A stretch of DNA of 63,896 nt, counting the filler, from Chrysochromulina tobinii (Eukaryota), in NCBI GenBank assembly GCA_001275005.1. It is 9 parts of 9 records of this genome, joined end to end, with 100 filler letters (N's around TTAATTAATTAA, not from the genome) between each part and the next. Parts side by side here need not be neighbours in the genome. Positions count along the whole stretch, not along the records: positions 1 to 2,397 come from JWZX01001224.1; positions 2,498 to 17,777 come from JWZX01001225.1; 7 more parts are not named here. One strand, given 5' to 3'. Both the position numbers and the translations under genes were made by a program. Of this stretch, positions 1 through 10,256 are shown in pieces. The number at the start of each line of letters is the position of its first letter. Positions within the stretch are counted from its first letter, which is position 1. The notes below the pieces were generated by a model, which saw only the letters and a list, made by a program, of their open reading frames with translations, was not told where the DNA came from and did no database searches.

Positions 1-120
1 CGACAAATCTGCCGCCCAGCACCGAACCTCCGGCGTGACCGCGGTTTGGAGGGCGTCCAAAGCAGCACTGATGCAGAGGTGTACCTTTGCGGAACCGATC
101 ACGTCGGCCCATGCCCAAGC

Positions 121-210
121 GAAGGTGACGGCATTGCGTTTTGCGCACCCACCCACTAGCAGGTAAATGCGAGTCTATTTCCATAATCGGGAATCGCAGT
201 CCCCTACAAC
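121..210 (-). pseudogene. Degenerate copy of the 5' part of the ORF at 1443..2192
   Basis: 121-210 aligns with ~2086-2176 (GGTGACGGCAT.GCGTTT...CACCCAC..GCAGGT...GCGAGT...CCATAATCGG.AATCGCA). It carries a 1-nt deletion and an AAG>TAG change relative to the intact copy. Confidence 0.7.
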
Positions 211-220
211 GGTCCGTCTC

Positions 221-778
221 GGAGCCTAAACACAGGTAGTGCGGCGTTACGCGGCGGGTTTAGGGTTAGGGTTAGGAGGGTATATTATTTTTTTGGTTAG
301 TAAAAACGTACGGAACCACGAGTTAGGCTGGAGCCTAACCACGAGTTAGGCGGGAGCCTAACCACAGGTAGTGCGGCGCTACGCGGCGGGTTTAGGGTTA
401 GGGTTAGGAGGGTATATTATTATTATGGTTAGTAAAAACGTACGGAACCACAGGCGGGAGCCTAACCACGAGTTAGGCGGGAGCCAAACCACGAGTTAGG
501 CGGGAGCCTAACCACAGGTAGTGCGGCGCTACGCGGCGGGTTTAGGGTTAGGGTTAGGAGGGGGGTTTATTTTAATTATGGTTAGTAAAAACGTACGGAA
601 CCACGAGTTAGGCTGGAGCCTAACCACGAGTTAGGCGGGAGCCTAACCACAGGTAGTGCGGCGCTACGCGGCGGGTTTTGGGTTAGGGTTAGGGTTAGGG
701 TTAGGGTTAGGGTTAGGGTTAGGGTTAGGGTTAGCGGGTTTAGGGTTAGGGTTAGGGTTAGGGTTAGGGTTAGGGTTG
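221..778 (+). repeat. Subtelomeric-type tandem array (units of ~132, 150 and 135 nt, each with short TTAGGG runs) ending in a ~100-nt (TTAGGG)n tract
   Basis: Units start GGAGCCTAA(A/C)CACAGGTAGT at 221, 353, 503 and 638 and contain internal AACCACGAGTTAGGC(G/T)GGAGCCT subrepeats. A near-pure TTAGGG tract runs ~673-778, followed by poly-G. Confidence 0.95.
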
Positions 779-1442
779 AGTTAATGGCGGGGGGGGGGGG
801 GAGGGGGGGGCAACCTTGCAGCCACGAAGCGCGTGGTGTTGCGGGGCGCAGCAACCTCCACGTCAGCGGGGCAGTGGCCCTCTCGTACTTTTATGATTTG
901 CTCGCCGTCGGTGTACCATCGGTGTGCGCGTCGTGTTGCACAATATGGTAGTTTGTGTGCGACCAGATCAAGGAAGAGCTCATCAACTTGCTCATTCATT
1001 CGGATCGTAATACTACGACCTGACCGCCCTGGCCGAGCATCAGGCGGCTGTGGCGGCAAAGAAGATGGCTGCTTTAGAGGCCGCCAAGCCAGCAACAGGC
1101 AAGGCGCGCAAGACGGTTTACTAGGCGGTGGTTGCGGCCATGAGCAAGCAGGCTGCGTAATTCCTAAGCACAGGTAACGTGATCGATGATCGGTGCTATA
1201 CCTCAGACGTGGCGGTTGAATCGTGTGGCTCAGTGTAGTAGCTTTAGCCAGCAGCACGGGCTAATGTATGGACAACCTTAGTCACACAAATCGGGTAGCG
1301 AGCATACCCTCGGATGGCAAGAGTTCCTACGGGATCTCCTCAATAAAGCACTTTGCCTTCACATAGCCCGCTCCCCCTGCACCGTGCGCACGCACTGCTC
1401 ATCCCAGCAGAGCCGTGGCCACTGCCGCCGTCGTCCTCGTCG

Positions 1443-2192
1443 TCACAGTCTTCTGGCAATGGGTTCGGCAAAGGTGGAGAGGATGGCGACCTGAACGAGG
1501 TGCTGGATGAGCTCCTCGGGCATCCGGCCGCCCTGTTCGAGGCCGCGCATCAGCAGCACAGTGCACCACGCCGTGACGCCAGCGAGCCGCCAAAAGTCGT
1601 GCCGATCCGATTCATCACGGCAAGCACGCTGCGTCACATCGGCCACGAGGCGCCAGCGCGTGACTACCTCGTCCAGCCGGCGACCTCCGGGCTTGGGCGG
1701 CACCGTCAGACCGCCAGCGACGAAGGCACCCATCGCCGACGCAACGGAGCCGTACAACAGCTTCACGGCGCCATTTGGCGAGGACAAGGGTGGCTCCTTG
1801 AAGCGTGAGATCGGTCCGAGTGCAATGCCCAGGTCGTAAAAGGCCCAGTACGCGGCATGCCACTCATCCATGCGGCGCGTCAGCGGCCACTGGAGCGGAA
1901 GCATCACGCATACAGCTGCCTTTGCGCTCTCCACGGTGGGAGGACGCGCCCAGAGGTAGTGAGCACCCGTACGCTTATTGCGTTGCTCTGCCGCAGATGG
2001 CTCCGCGGGAATGAGGATGGTACCGTGGGGAAAATCGATGATGGGGGCGGCTAGGACGTTCGGGACCTCCTTCGATGAGCTCAGCGATGGTGACGGCATC
2101 GCGTTTAGTTTCGGCACCCACTTGCAGGTGAAAAGCGAGTCACCTGCCATAATCGGAAATCGCATTCCGCTGCAGTTCTTTCCCCGTTCCAC
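1443..2192 (-). CDS. Hypothetical protein, possibly encoded by a telomere-associated element
   Basis: 249-aa ORF with a degenerate second copy on the same contig. No recognisable domain; start uncertain. Confidence 0.4.
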   Translation of the reverse strand: MERGKNCSGMRFPIMAGDSLFTCKWVPKLNAMPSPSLSSSKEVPNVLAAPIIDFPHGTILIPAEPSAAEQRNKRTGAHYLWARPPTVESAKAAVCVMLPLQWPLTRRMDEWHAAYWAFYDLGIALGPISRFKEPPLSSPNGAVKLLYGSVASAMGAFVAGGLTVPPKPGGRRLDEVVTRWRLVADVTQRACRDESDRHDFWRLAGVTAWCTVLLMRGLEQGGRMPEELIQHLVQVAILSTFAEPIARRL

Positions 2193-2260
2193 GACTCCTC
2201 ACACACACGAAGCGCGTGGAATTCGGGGGGAAATCATTGCAGCACTCTGGCCATACTCTG

Positions 2261-2287
2261 GCCACGTGAGCCACGTGAGCCACGTGA
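2261..2287. promoter_or_regulatory. Three tandem GCCACGTGA units (G-box/E-box core CACGTG)
   Basis: Exact 9-nt unit x3, upstream of the minus-strand ORF 1443..2192. Function not shown. Confidence 0.35.
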
Positions 2288-2397
2288 GCGGGGGGTCAGG
2301 CGAGCCGGCTGTTGGTCTGTGAGATGGGGTTGATAGAATAGATCATGTTTCGTAGCGTGTTTCTCTCTCTCTAGTCGTCAGGCAAGGCCTGATGGCG

Positions 2398-2497
2398 NNN
2401 NNNNNNNNNNNNNNNNNNNNNNNNNNNNNNNNNNNNNNNNNTTAATTAATTAANNNNNNNNNNNNNNNNNNNNNNNNNNNNNNNNNNNNNNNNNNNN
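2398..2497. other. Artificial contig linker
   Basis: 44 N + TTAATTAATTAA (stops in all frames) + 44 N. Confidence 0.99.
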
Positions 2498-3388
2498 TCA
2501 AAGGCGACGCTCGAGTTTGGCCTGGGAACGGTGTCAGACGCGGGCTGGGAAGTAATCAAGGTGATGCATGAGAACGCGGTGCCGCCCGACGGTGTGTGGC
2601 TGCATTCCTGGAACTCGCTGGCTCGCGATGGCGAGTTTCGCGACGCGCTTACGTCTGCACGGGCAACAGGCAAGAAGCACATCGTGCACGTGTGCGAAAC
2701 GGGCGAGACCTTGACAGAGGACGACCTCAAAGCCGTTGAAGAGAGGTACTTTTACCACAAGCAGGTATTCGTGGTGGGCCGGAAGGTGCTCATTTGCGGA
2801 TTCGAGCAGAAGCCGTACTTGCAGTTTGCTGACGGCAAGTTTGCCCATCACAACATGAGAGCAACGGTCATCGACGTCTTGGCAGATGGACAAGTGCAGG
2901 TTGAATGCGAAGGCCGGCCAATTGGAGCTGCTGTGCTTCTGCTGCCAAAGGAGGCACGCAAGGTGTTCGTGCAGTCCACGCGGTGTGAGTCGTACATCAC
3001 AGGCTACCGGGCGAAGCCCTACTATCATCAGACGGGCGCAAACAACCAGGGGAACGAGCACGACGCCGTTGTTGTCGACATGATCGGGATGGACAAGGCG
3101 GGGCTCCTCTCTATGGTACTGTCGCGTGGCAAGGATCTCACTCGAATGAAGGTTGTCAATCTCCGCGGCAACACTGACGTGGAGCGCAGGCGGTTTTTCA
3201 CGAAGATGCTCGTGGTGCACCCGAAGGTGGTGCTCCTGCGCGTCGCGCTCGGCGAGGAGATTGACGAGAACAAGTTTCGTTGGGCCATGGAGGAGGTACG
3301 TGAGAACGAGCGGCGCTACGGGCTGGGCACCGAGGCACATGCACGCTCAGGCTCCAAGAGGCCTATGCCCTTCTGGGGCAAACACTGA
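2498..3388 (+). CDS. Divergent PIF1/RecD-like SF1 helicase, C-terminal part (5'-partial)
   Basis: Frame is open from the contig edge. YHQTGANNQGNEHDAVVVDM resembles motif V (TIHKSQG..LD.V.VD) and GLLSMVLSRGKDL resembles motif VI (GQ.YVALSR). Intronless. Confidence 0.6.
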   Translation, partial: SKATLEFGLGTVSDAGWEVIKVMHENAVPPDGVWLHSWNSLARDGEFRDALTSARATGKKHIVHVCETGETLTEDDLKAVEERYFYHKQVFVVGRKVLICGFEQKPYLQFADGKFAHHNMRATVIDVLADGQVQVECEGRPIGAAVLLLPKEARKVFVQSTRCESYITGYRAKPYYHQTGANNQGNEHDAVVVDMIGMDKAGLLSMVLSRGKDLTRMKVVNLRGNTDVERRRFFTKMLVVHPKVVLLRVALGEEIDENKFRWAMEEVRENERRYGLGTEAHARSGSKRPMPFWGKH

Positions 3389-3673
3389 AGCCAGCAAGAG
3401 TCTTTGTGCTCAGAACGAGCGGTTATGACGAGCATAACGAGCGGCGCTACGGCGTACGGGCACATGTGGCTGAGCACGAGCAGCGTCACGCTTTGGGCTG
3501 GAGTGTGTCACGCTATGGGCTGGAGTGTTGCTACGCCTGGACGTGTCCAGGGGATGAGCGCGGCCACGATTCTTGCGGGCATGAATGATGCAAACATACT
3601 GAAGGTCCGTGTGAGTGCCATGAGGGGCTCGGTATCTTGTGTTTGACGGCTGTGCATGCACGTGTGTCTGTGT

Positions 3674-5273
3674 GAATTCCTACGGGTAGAATTCCTACGA
3701 GCGCTTGAATTCCTACTTGTAGGCAGGAAAAAAGAATTCCTACAAAAAACGTGCGGGGTGGAGGACGATGCTGGCTTCTGAAGTAGACTAGAGGGACCCG
3801 TGAATTCCTACTCGACGATGTACGTACAAGGAGGAATTCCTACGGGTACACTGTGGCGATCTCTTCGTCGGCGTCTCATCATCACACTCCGGACAAGTGT
3901 GGGCTTTCTTGTTACAATAGTAACAGGTGACACGAGACACAGAGGAGAACTGCAACCAAATCTCTTGGAAACTCAGGAGCTAAAGCGGTGAGAGAATTCC
4001 TAGGAGAGAATGCGTTGCTCAGAGGCGGCGGCCAGAGCTTGTCAGGCAACTGGGCACACTGTTACTAGCTGGGAGGAACTGAAAAGGAACTGAGTACGAA
4101 CGCGAGGAACACGACGTTTGCGTTCAAATGAGCAATCGTGTGCCGATGACCGGTCGTGAAAAGGCCGCTGGCCAGTGAATCCGAAGCGACGCAGTCGAAG
4201 AGAATTCCTAGAGTACCATGGTAACGACGAAGAGCTGGGTCTCAGAATTCCTATCGGAAAAAGTGTTTGCATGGAGCGCGGCAGACGGGCCCGGGCGCTG
4301 CAGAACAACCCTCCAAAGGTCCCAACGGAGGGGTCGATGGCGGTCGAGGCGGCGCTGTTGGCAATGCGGCGCGATGGCGTGCTGAGCACGGACAAGGGTG
4401 GTCGCCCGCCTGATCCCGCATGGGTCGCGGCGGCGCTGGACGCATTCCAATTGCTGCCAACCGGCGTGCGCTTGGGCACGGAGGTGCAGGCGCTCCGCCA
4501 GGAGCTTGGTGGTGCGTCGCTCCGGGGGTGGCTGGAGCAGCGCGGCGTCGATGGCCGGCAGACGCGCCAGCTGGGCACTTGGCTTGAGCGGCTTTCGCTG
4601 GTGAGGCCGGCGCCTCGTCAGGTGGTCACTGTTCTCTTCGACTGGGTGAGCGTGCCGGCGGGCACCGAGCCGTGTCCCGAGGCGGCGCTGCGGGCGTGGC
4701 TGGCGCGCCAGCTGGCGGCCACCTGCTCCGAGGGGCGGGATGCGGCGCGGGCATCATGGCCAGCGGCGCGCATCAGAGCTCTCAGGGGCGGCGAGTTGTT
4801 TAGAATCGCATGGGACCGTGTGGCAAGCGTCAGCCGGGGTGCGGCCACTCGGGAGATGACCCAGGCCGCCGCTATCCGCTTGGAGCATGCCAGCGCGGCC
4901 AGGCTGCGGGCCCTCGGAGGGTCGGACGTGCCTCGCTTTTGGCGGGCCGTTGGGGAGGCAGTGGCCACCCGCGATAGCGGTCATCGCTCGCTGCTTGTGG
5001 CCAATCGGATCATCCTCGAGGCGGTCGAGGAAGGCGCCAGGGGGGGTGGTGGCAAACGGGCTAGAGTGTCTCGCTCCATGGAGCAGGCCGAGCCCACGGA
5101 CGGGCGTCGGGAGGCGTGGGTCGGCCTGCTGCGCGAGATGGGCACGTCCGACCGTGACGCGGTCGTCGTGACGTTCCGCGCCATTCGCGGCTTACTCGCT
5201 CAGTACGATGGATGGCGGTAATTTATTTACTTTGTCGTTAATGAGTCGGCGAGGGGGGTGTTGTGAATTCCTA
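3674..5273 (+). repeat. Dispersed same-orientation GAATTCCTA motifs (iteron-like)
   Basis: Exact copies at 3674, 3689, 3707, 3734, 3802, 3834, 3994, 4202, 4245 and 5265; variant CAATTCCTAC at 5458. Confidence 0.9.
4271..5221 (+). CDS. Hypothetical Ala/Arg-rich protein
   Basis: ~316-aa intronless ORF (ATG 4271 or 4337) followed by an AT-rich 3' stretch. No recognisable domain. Confidence 0.5.
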   Translation: MERGRRARALQNNPPKVPTEGSMAVEAALLAMRRDGVLSTDKGGRPPDPAWVAAALDAFQLLPTGVRLGTEVQALRQELGGASLRGWLEQRGVDGRQTRQLGTWLERLSLVRPAPRQVVTVLFDWVSVPAGTEPCPEAALRAWLARQLAATCSEGRDAARASWPAARIRALRGGELFRIAWDRVASVSRGAATREMTQAAAIRLEHASAARLRALGGSDVPRFWRAVGEAVATRDSGHRSLLVANRIILEAVEEGARGGGGKRARVSRSMEQAEPTDGRREAWVGLLREMGTSDRDAVVVTFRAIRGLLAQYDGWR

Positions 5274-5475
5274 CAAGGTGCTAACAAGGTGCCATATAGT
5301 GACAAGGGCGCAGTGGGCACCGCCGTGCGTCGTGCGTTCCGGCGCTTGCTCGCGTCGCGCTGATGATGCGCTGATGGGTGCAGTGGAGGTCCGGACGCCG
5401 TGTGTGCGCGCTATGGCAGCCCGGACGCCTTGCGCGCGCGGTGGTTTTCTTTCGGTACAATTCCTACCTGTAATA

Positions 5476-5612
5476 GCCACACTGTCATCGACGAGTTTCG
5501 TCGATGACGGTTTCGGTCTGCACCTGTCATCCACACAGTGTGTGTCGATGACGGTTTGAGTCTAAGACTGTTATCGACAAAGTTTGTCGATGACAGATGT
5601 GATCAGTGTGGC
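5476..5612. repeat. Three tandem hairpins enclosed by a 9-bp inverted repeat
   Basis: CTGT(C/T)ATC(G/C)AC..GTCGATGAC(G/A)G hairpins at 5482-5510, 5524-5554 and 5568-5596 with 13-nt spacers. Outer arms GCCACACTG (5476) and CAGTGTGGC (5604). Confidence 0.9.
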
Positions 5613-7410
5613 AGCATGTTCCATGATACCATGAATAAAGTCGATGAGGTGTTTCGTCGAAAACAAAGTCACGACGGCCTGTAACCTCGGCGCACGTGCC
5701 GAGAAAATTAATGACGATCTATTTTACTATGCATGTTCACAGCGCGTCGAATTCCACAAATATCATAAATATTTTTGCGCCAAGGAGATCAAGTCAAGTC
5801 AAGTCATAAACAACACTGACTTGAAAAGTAGTTACTTCCTGAGACAAGTCTATCGTGTCTGCGCGCACTCTCTCGGCAGATTCATCGACTGTCTCTGGCT
5901 GGCACATCAGAACCCCGACCGACCATCATGGACATGACGACGTGGATGGAGGTTGTGATGAAAACTACTGCGGCTGACATCGACTCGGTTCGCTCTGAAG
6001 ACTCACGGGACGACGGCTACAATCAGTCGCCTGCAGGCCAGTTCGCTCGCTCCGTGTCCATCCTCGTATGCGCAAAAAGGGCCCAGTCCCTCGATGAGGT
6101 GCGCCTCCGACCGCGCCACATGCGAGCACACATAACTGAGGGCTGTTCATGTTCCCGCTCAGTTCTACCAGCAACAGCTTGAGAACGAAATCGCTGAGGC
6201 CTCCATGGAACGGCTGCCGCCCACATCATTCCAAGCTCGCCCGATTCTGGCCATCCCAAGCTTGTACGAGTGGGTCACTGGGGACGGTCGTATGTCCATG
6301 AGCACCGACCTTGCGATGAACTATCGGCAGCAGCTCGAGATCGACCTCACCGAGGCCTCCATCGGGCAGCTGCCGCCAACGGACGAGCCTCCGCTCACCA
6401 AGGCCGCCCTGAAGGCCCGAAATGTTGGTGCGGTCCAATGGCATCCCAAGATCCTAGTGGGTTCGGAATCGTATGATTCGACGATGGCTACCTTCGAGTT
6501 CGACCAAAAGGCGTATATCTGACTTCTTAAAGCACCGAACGAGCCTACATGACACTGCAGCAAGACAGCAACTTACCGTGAACTGTAGTAGTCGCGGGTA
6601 TGCACGCATGATTGAAGCCCATGCTGACCCACGAAGCGAGGCGCTGTGCCGGAGCCCGAAGCGCGGCGGTGGAGCTCAGATCACAGACGCAACGAGACGA
6701 GAGAGAGAGTTGAGAGGCGAACTCGTGAGATGTAAAATCGTACCGTACGTCGAGCCAGTGGCGGCGCGGCCGGCGGCCCGCACGTGCGCGTGCGCCGGCC
6801 CGGCGCTCATGCCGGCGCTTCGGCGCACGGTGGGCACCGGACCGGCCCGCCACCGCGTTCCGGCTTGCGGCCCACGATCACAGGAACAAGAGGATGATCC
6901 TGTGGAAGTACTATATATGCCTACGCCAGTGCCGAAGTACCGCGCTCACGCTGCGCACGCGACCTCTCACCTGTCACACACTCAACACGCAACACTTCAC
7001 AGACTGGACAGACAACACACCGCAGTGTGCATGCGCGGCACCCCGGCCGCCGATGCACGAGCCGCTGCCAGTGCCTCCCAGTCCCACAGTCTCGAGTGCC
7101 AGGGTCCGCGCACGGCTACACGCCCCTGCCCCCTGGCGCCCGGGGGCAGAGGCCCTGGCCCTGCACAATGAGGCACAAGGCCAAGGCCACAACGCACATG
7201 GCACAAGGCTCACACGCGCGCTCTGGAACTCTGTACCCTAACACACTCGCCGCCTGCAGCTGCACGCGGAGGCTAGGCGGCGTGACACACCTAAAAGGCA
7301 CACACTCTCGTGAGTGGTGCACCGTGGAGTGGCGGGGAGCACCATCGTATTCGAGATTCGAGATTGACCTGGACAGGTTAGGACAGGTGCCCCACAATCT
7401 CCCCACAATC

Positions 7411-9978
7411 TCAAGCTGTGACGTCAGACCTAGCCAATCCGTGATGAGGCGGAGTTGGCAGGAACCTCCTGCGTGTCTGCTTGCTCTGCGTGAACTTCCA
7501 CGTCATCGCGAAGGGGAAGTTGCGTACCCGTCCATACAACGCCACGATGAGTACAATCCATCGACCCCACGTCGACAGATCGTACGTGAACCCGACGCCC
7601 GACACGCCAGGCTGCTTCGAGCCAAGAGAAAGCCCAACGTTGCCAAACGCGGAGCACAACTCAAAGAGGCCACGCCACGCAAAGGATATGGTGTGCCCGC
7701 ACTGGCTACCCTCAACTCCCGGTTCAAACATCTCAGCCATGTACTCTGACCTCCCGTAGACCGGGCAGGTGCCAGAGAGAAGTACCCAGGCGATGGAGAG
7801 CAGTGCCATGTCCATCTCAAGCGTTGGCGCCGTCAGAAAGTCAGCGAGGAAGGAGAGCACGGAGCGGACAGGCGGCCAGGCGTGCGCCCAGAAGAGCTCA
7901 CGGCACGAGACCCTTTCTTTGCGCGCGAGCCGAAACTCGATCGCCTCATCACTCTCATCCCATGCTCGTCCACCCTCGCGACGAAAGAAGAACGAACTTA
8001 GTTGCCTCACCCGCTCCTTCGTCGGGCTCCTAGATAACGACGCTGCCCTAGTCGACGCGTTCCCGCTCAGCCTATTCGATGAGTTTCCGACGCGAAGGTT
8101 GGCCAGAGACACCGCGATCGACATGCTGATCCGCCGGGCATTCTCTTCCGGGCTGAGCTTGTGGTTTCCCGTCGGGTTGGACTGATCGCCCACCGAGTGC
8201 TTTCTGCGTTTCCGAGTCCCGCTGAACGTATCTCTCACCGAAAGTTTGTGTGGTGTCGGCGCGAGCACCATGCACACGTTGAAGAGAATGATGACGTTCA
8301 CTTCATACGCATTCAGGTCGACGGTTTGGAACCCGGAGTGGCGTGCCTGCACGGCCATGTACGCCCCCTGCTGATCGCTGTTGATGTCGGAGGGTGAGGA
8401 GGCATGATGAAAGATTACCTGCAGGAGGAAGAGAGTGAGCTGCGTCAACAAGAGGAAGGTCGTCTGCTGCTGCGAGAGTAAGCCTGAGTAGAGTCGACGC
8501 CCACTCAGGAGCAGATGCTGCGCATAGATGCGCCGCCATGAGGTGACAGGGGATACGTAGAAGACGACAGCGATCGCACCCCGGATCACGAGGGGCGACA
8601 TCAAGTTGCCGGCGAGGACGAGCAGGGCGAGGACGGTCAGGACGCCGCCCCGGCTCACGTAGGCCATGAGCGAGGATGGCTCGAGGGAGAACCCACAGTT
8701 GTTGAACGCGGAGATGGTGAGGAACGCCGCGTGGCCTGCGACGTTACAGGGACGCGGCTCTGCCTGGTTGGCCGCGTCCGCGTAGCTGCAAGAGCCGCGC
8801 TCGGACTCAGCCAGCACGGCGAACTCGCCGCAGAGGGCCAAGAAGCCGATGACGTGCACGAGCACAAAGGAGGCAAAGATCAACTGGAGGAGGAGTCGAG
8901 TCGACTTGAGCTCGATGAGCCACTCGGGGATGGGTTCTGTTATGGCGTCGATGGGTGGCACTGGTAGATTGCGCACGGCCACGTTGGGCGTGAAGCGCCG
9001 TCGCAGCGCGTTGTAGTGCGCCACCATTGGTATGGCCGCGAGCAACCATGGCGATCCGAGTAGGATCAACAACGCAACGACGACCTGGCTGCCCCAGTGG
9101 AGGGCGGTGAGATTGAATGGGGTCAGGCCGGTGCTTGTCACCGCGTTCACGGCGATGAAGAACGCGTCGAAGTAGGCGAGCGGCGTGCGCCCGCTCTCGA
9201 TCCCAACGAGCACGCCCGCGCCGATGCAAGACACCACAACGAAGTACACCAGCACGATCAACTTGTACGGAAGGATGTGCGCGTGCAGATGCAGCTCGTC
9301 CATTCGTTGGATGTAGGGGGAGGGCAACGGATGAGAATTGGAATTGGCCTCGAGAGCGTCCTGTGCTTCCCCGATCGCGTGGGCAACGGTAGCCTTCTCG
9401 GGGGTGTCCCATCTCACCCCAGCGGTCTTGGCTTGGGCCTTGGCTTGAGCGTCTTCAGCGGCGGGCCGAGCATCGGCTGCTGCCTTCGACTTCGAGGTGC
9501 GCTCAAACGAGAGGCGCGCCTTGATCACTTCGCCGGCAGCAGTTGCCGTCCTTGCCGCTGCTCCCGAGATCTCTCGGGCCCAGCTCTCCATCGGCGACGG
9601 CGGCCGCTGGGGCGCTGGCACTGGCTGCGGGGGGGATGGCTCTGACGCCGGCGTGTCCTGAACCGCCTTGGCGGCCGCGACTTGAGCTACGGCCTTTCCT
9701 GTGGCCTGCGTCGCCGCATGGGCTTCATCTGAACGCGCTGCGACTCGTGTCTCTGGCTTCGCTCTCACCGGTGTAGCCGGTGTAGCCGCCGCCTCGGCGC
9801 GGTGGGGAGCCGCAGACGCAGCCCCTATCTCGATGCGATCCGTCTGTTCGATGGCGCTCTCCAATATTTTGGGTTTGGGTGGCCCCCAATTCATCAGCGT
9901 CTCCAGCACATTTTGAACACGTCCTGCGCTCGGAGGACTCGGAGGCGCTGTCCTGGTCGGATGCATTGGCATGCACAC
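7411..9978 (-). CDS. Trk/HKT (TrkH family) cation transporter
   Basis: Four pore-loop motifs (AVNAVTSTGLT, ISAFNNCGFS, ARHSGFQTVDL, LFELCSAFGNVGLSLG) and multiple TM helices. Gly in the first pore loop suggests a K+-permeable type. Confidence 0.9.
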   Translation of the reverse strand: MCMPMHPTRTAPPSPPSAGRVQNVLETLMNWGPPKPKILESAIEQTDRIEIGAASAAPHRAEAAATPATPVRAKPETRVAARSDEAHAATQATGKAVAQVAAAKAVQDTPASEPSPPQPVPAPQRPPSPMESWAREISGAAARTATAAGEVIKARLSFERTSKSKAAADARPAAEDAQAKAQAKTAGVRWDTPEKATVAHAIGEAQDALEANSNSHPLPSPYIQRMDELHLHAHILPYKLIVLVYFVVVSCIGAGVLVGIESGRTPLAYFDAFFIAVNAVTSTGLTPFNLTALHWGSQVVVALLILLGSPWLLAAIPMVAHYNALRRRFTPNVAVRNLPVPPIDAITEPIPEWLIELKSTRLLLQLIFASFVLVHVIGFLALCGEFAVLAESERGSCSYADAANQAEPRPCNVAGHAAFLTISAFNNCGFSLEPSSLMAYVSRGGVLTVLALLVLAGNLMSPLVIRGAIAVVFYVSPVTSWRRIYAQHLLLSGRRLYSGLLSQQQTTFLLLTQLTLFLLQVIFHHASSPSDINSDQQGAYMAVQARHSGFQTVDLNAYEVNVIILFNVCMVLAPTPHKLSVRDTFSGTRKRRKHSVGDQSNPTGNHKLSPEENARRISMSIAVSLANLRVGNSSNRLSGNASTRAASLSRSPTKERVRQLSSFFFRREGGRAWDESDEAIEFRLARKERVSCRELFWAHAWPPVRSVLSFLADFLTAPTLEMDMALLSIAWVLLSGTCPVYGRSEYMAEMFEPGVEGSQCGHTISFAWRGLFELCSAFGNVGLSLGSKQPGVSGVGFTYDLSTWGRWIVLIVALYGRVRNFPFAMTWKFTQSKQTRRRFLPTPPHHGLARSDVTA

Positions 9979-10256
9979 GCTCCCGCTAAGTGCGCCGACG
10001 GGGCTGGACAGCGTCAGCGGGTGGTGCTTTCAGCCGAAGCTTTTGCATCGCCCAAAGAACTTGGTCCTGGATCTCCTTCCTTTTTGGACGCAGACAAGTC
10101 AAGTCAAGTCATTGCAAGCCCGCACCAGAAAACCATCGTGAAGGGAATCGACCGACCACGGAGGTCCTCTCGTCCCCGTGTATTCATATGTCGACTCCTG
10201 CGAGATTTGTTCGCTGGAGGAATTCCTTTAGGAACTGGCGACCACGCGCCCCGAGT

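Noticed and set aside
221..672. Repeat-spacer appearance resembling a CRISPR array
   Set aside because: The intervening sequences are themselves repeated and contain TTAGGG. There are no unique spacers or cas genes, and the context is eukaryotic.
2340..2397. Possible hammerhead ribozyme on the minus strand (CTGACGA...CGAAAC)
   Set aside because: Stem II closes with a C:C mismatch and I could not form stems I and III around a cleavage triplet.
2442..2453. TTAATTAATTAA palindrome recurring eight times
   Set aside because: Always centred in exactly 100 nt with 44 N either side. It is an artificial contig-joining linker, not biology.
5928..7400. Short ORFs between the hairpins and the Trk gene (e.g. 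6205..6522)
   Set aside because: No recognisable domains or consistent exon structure; insufficient support.
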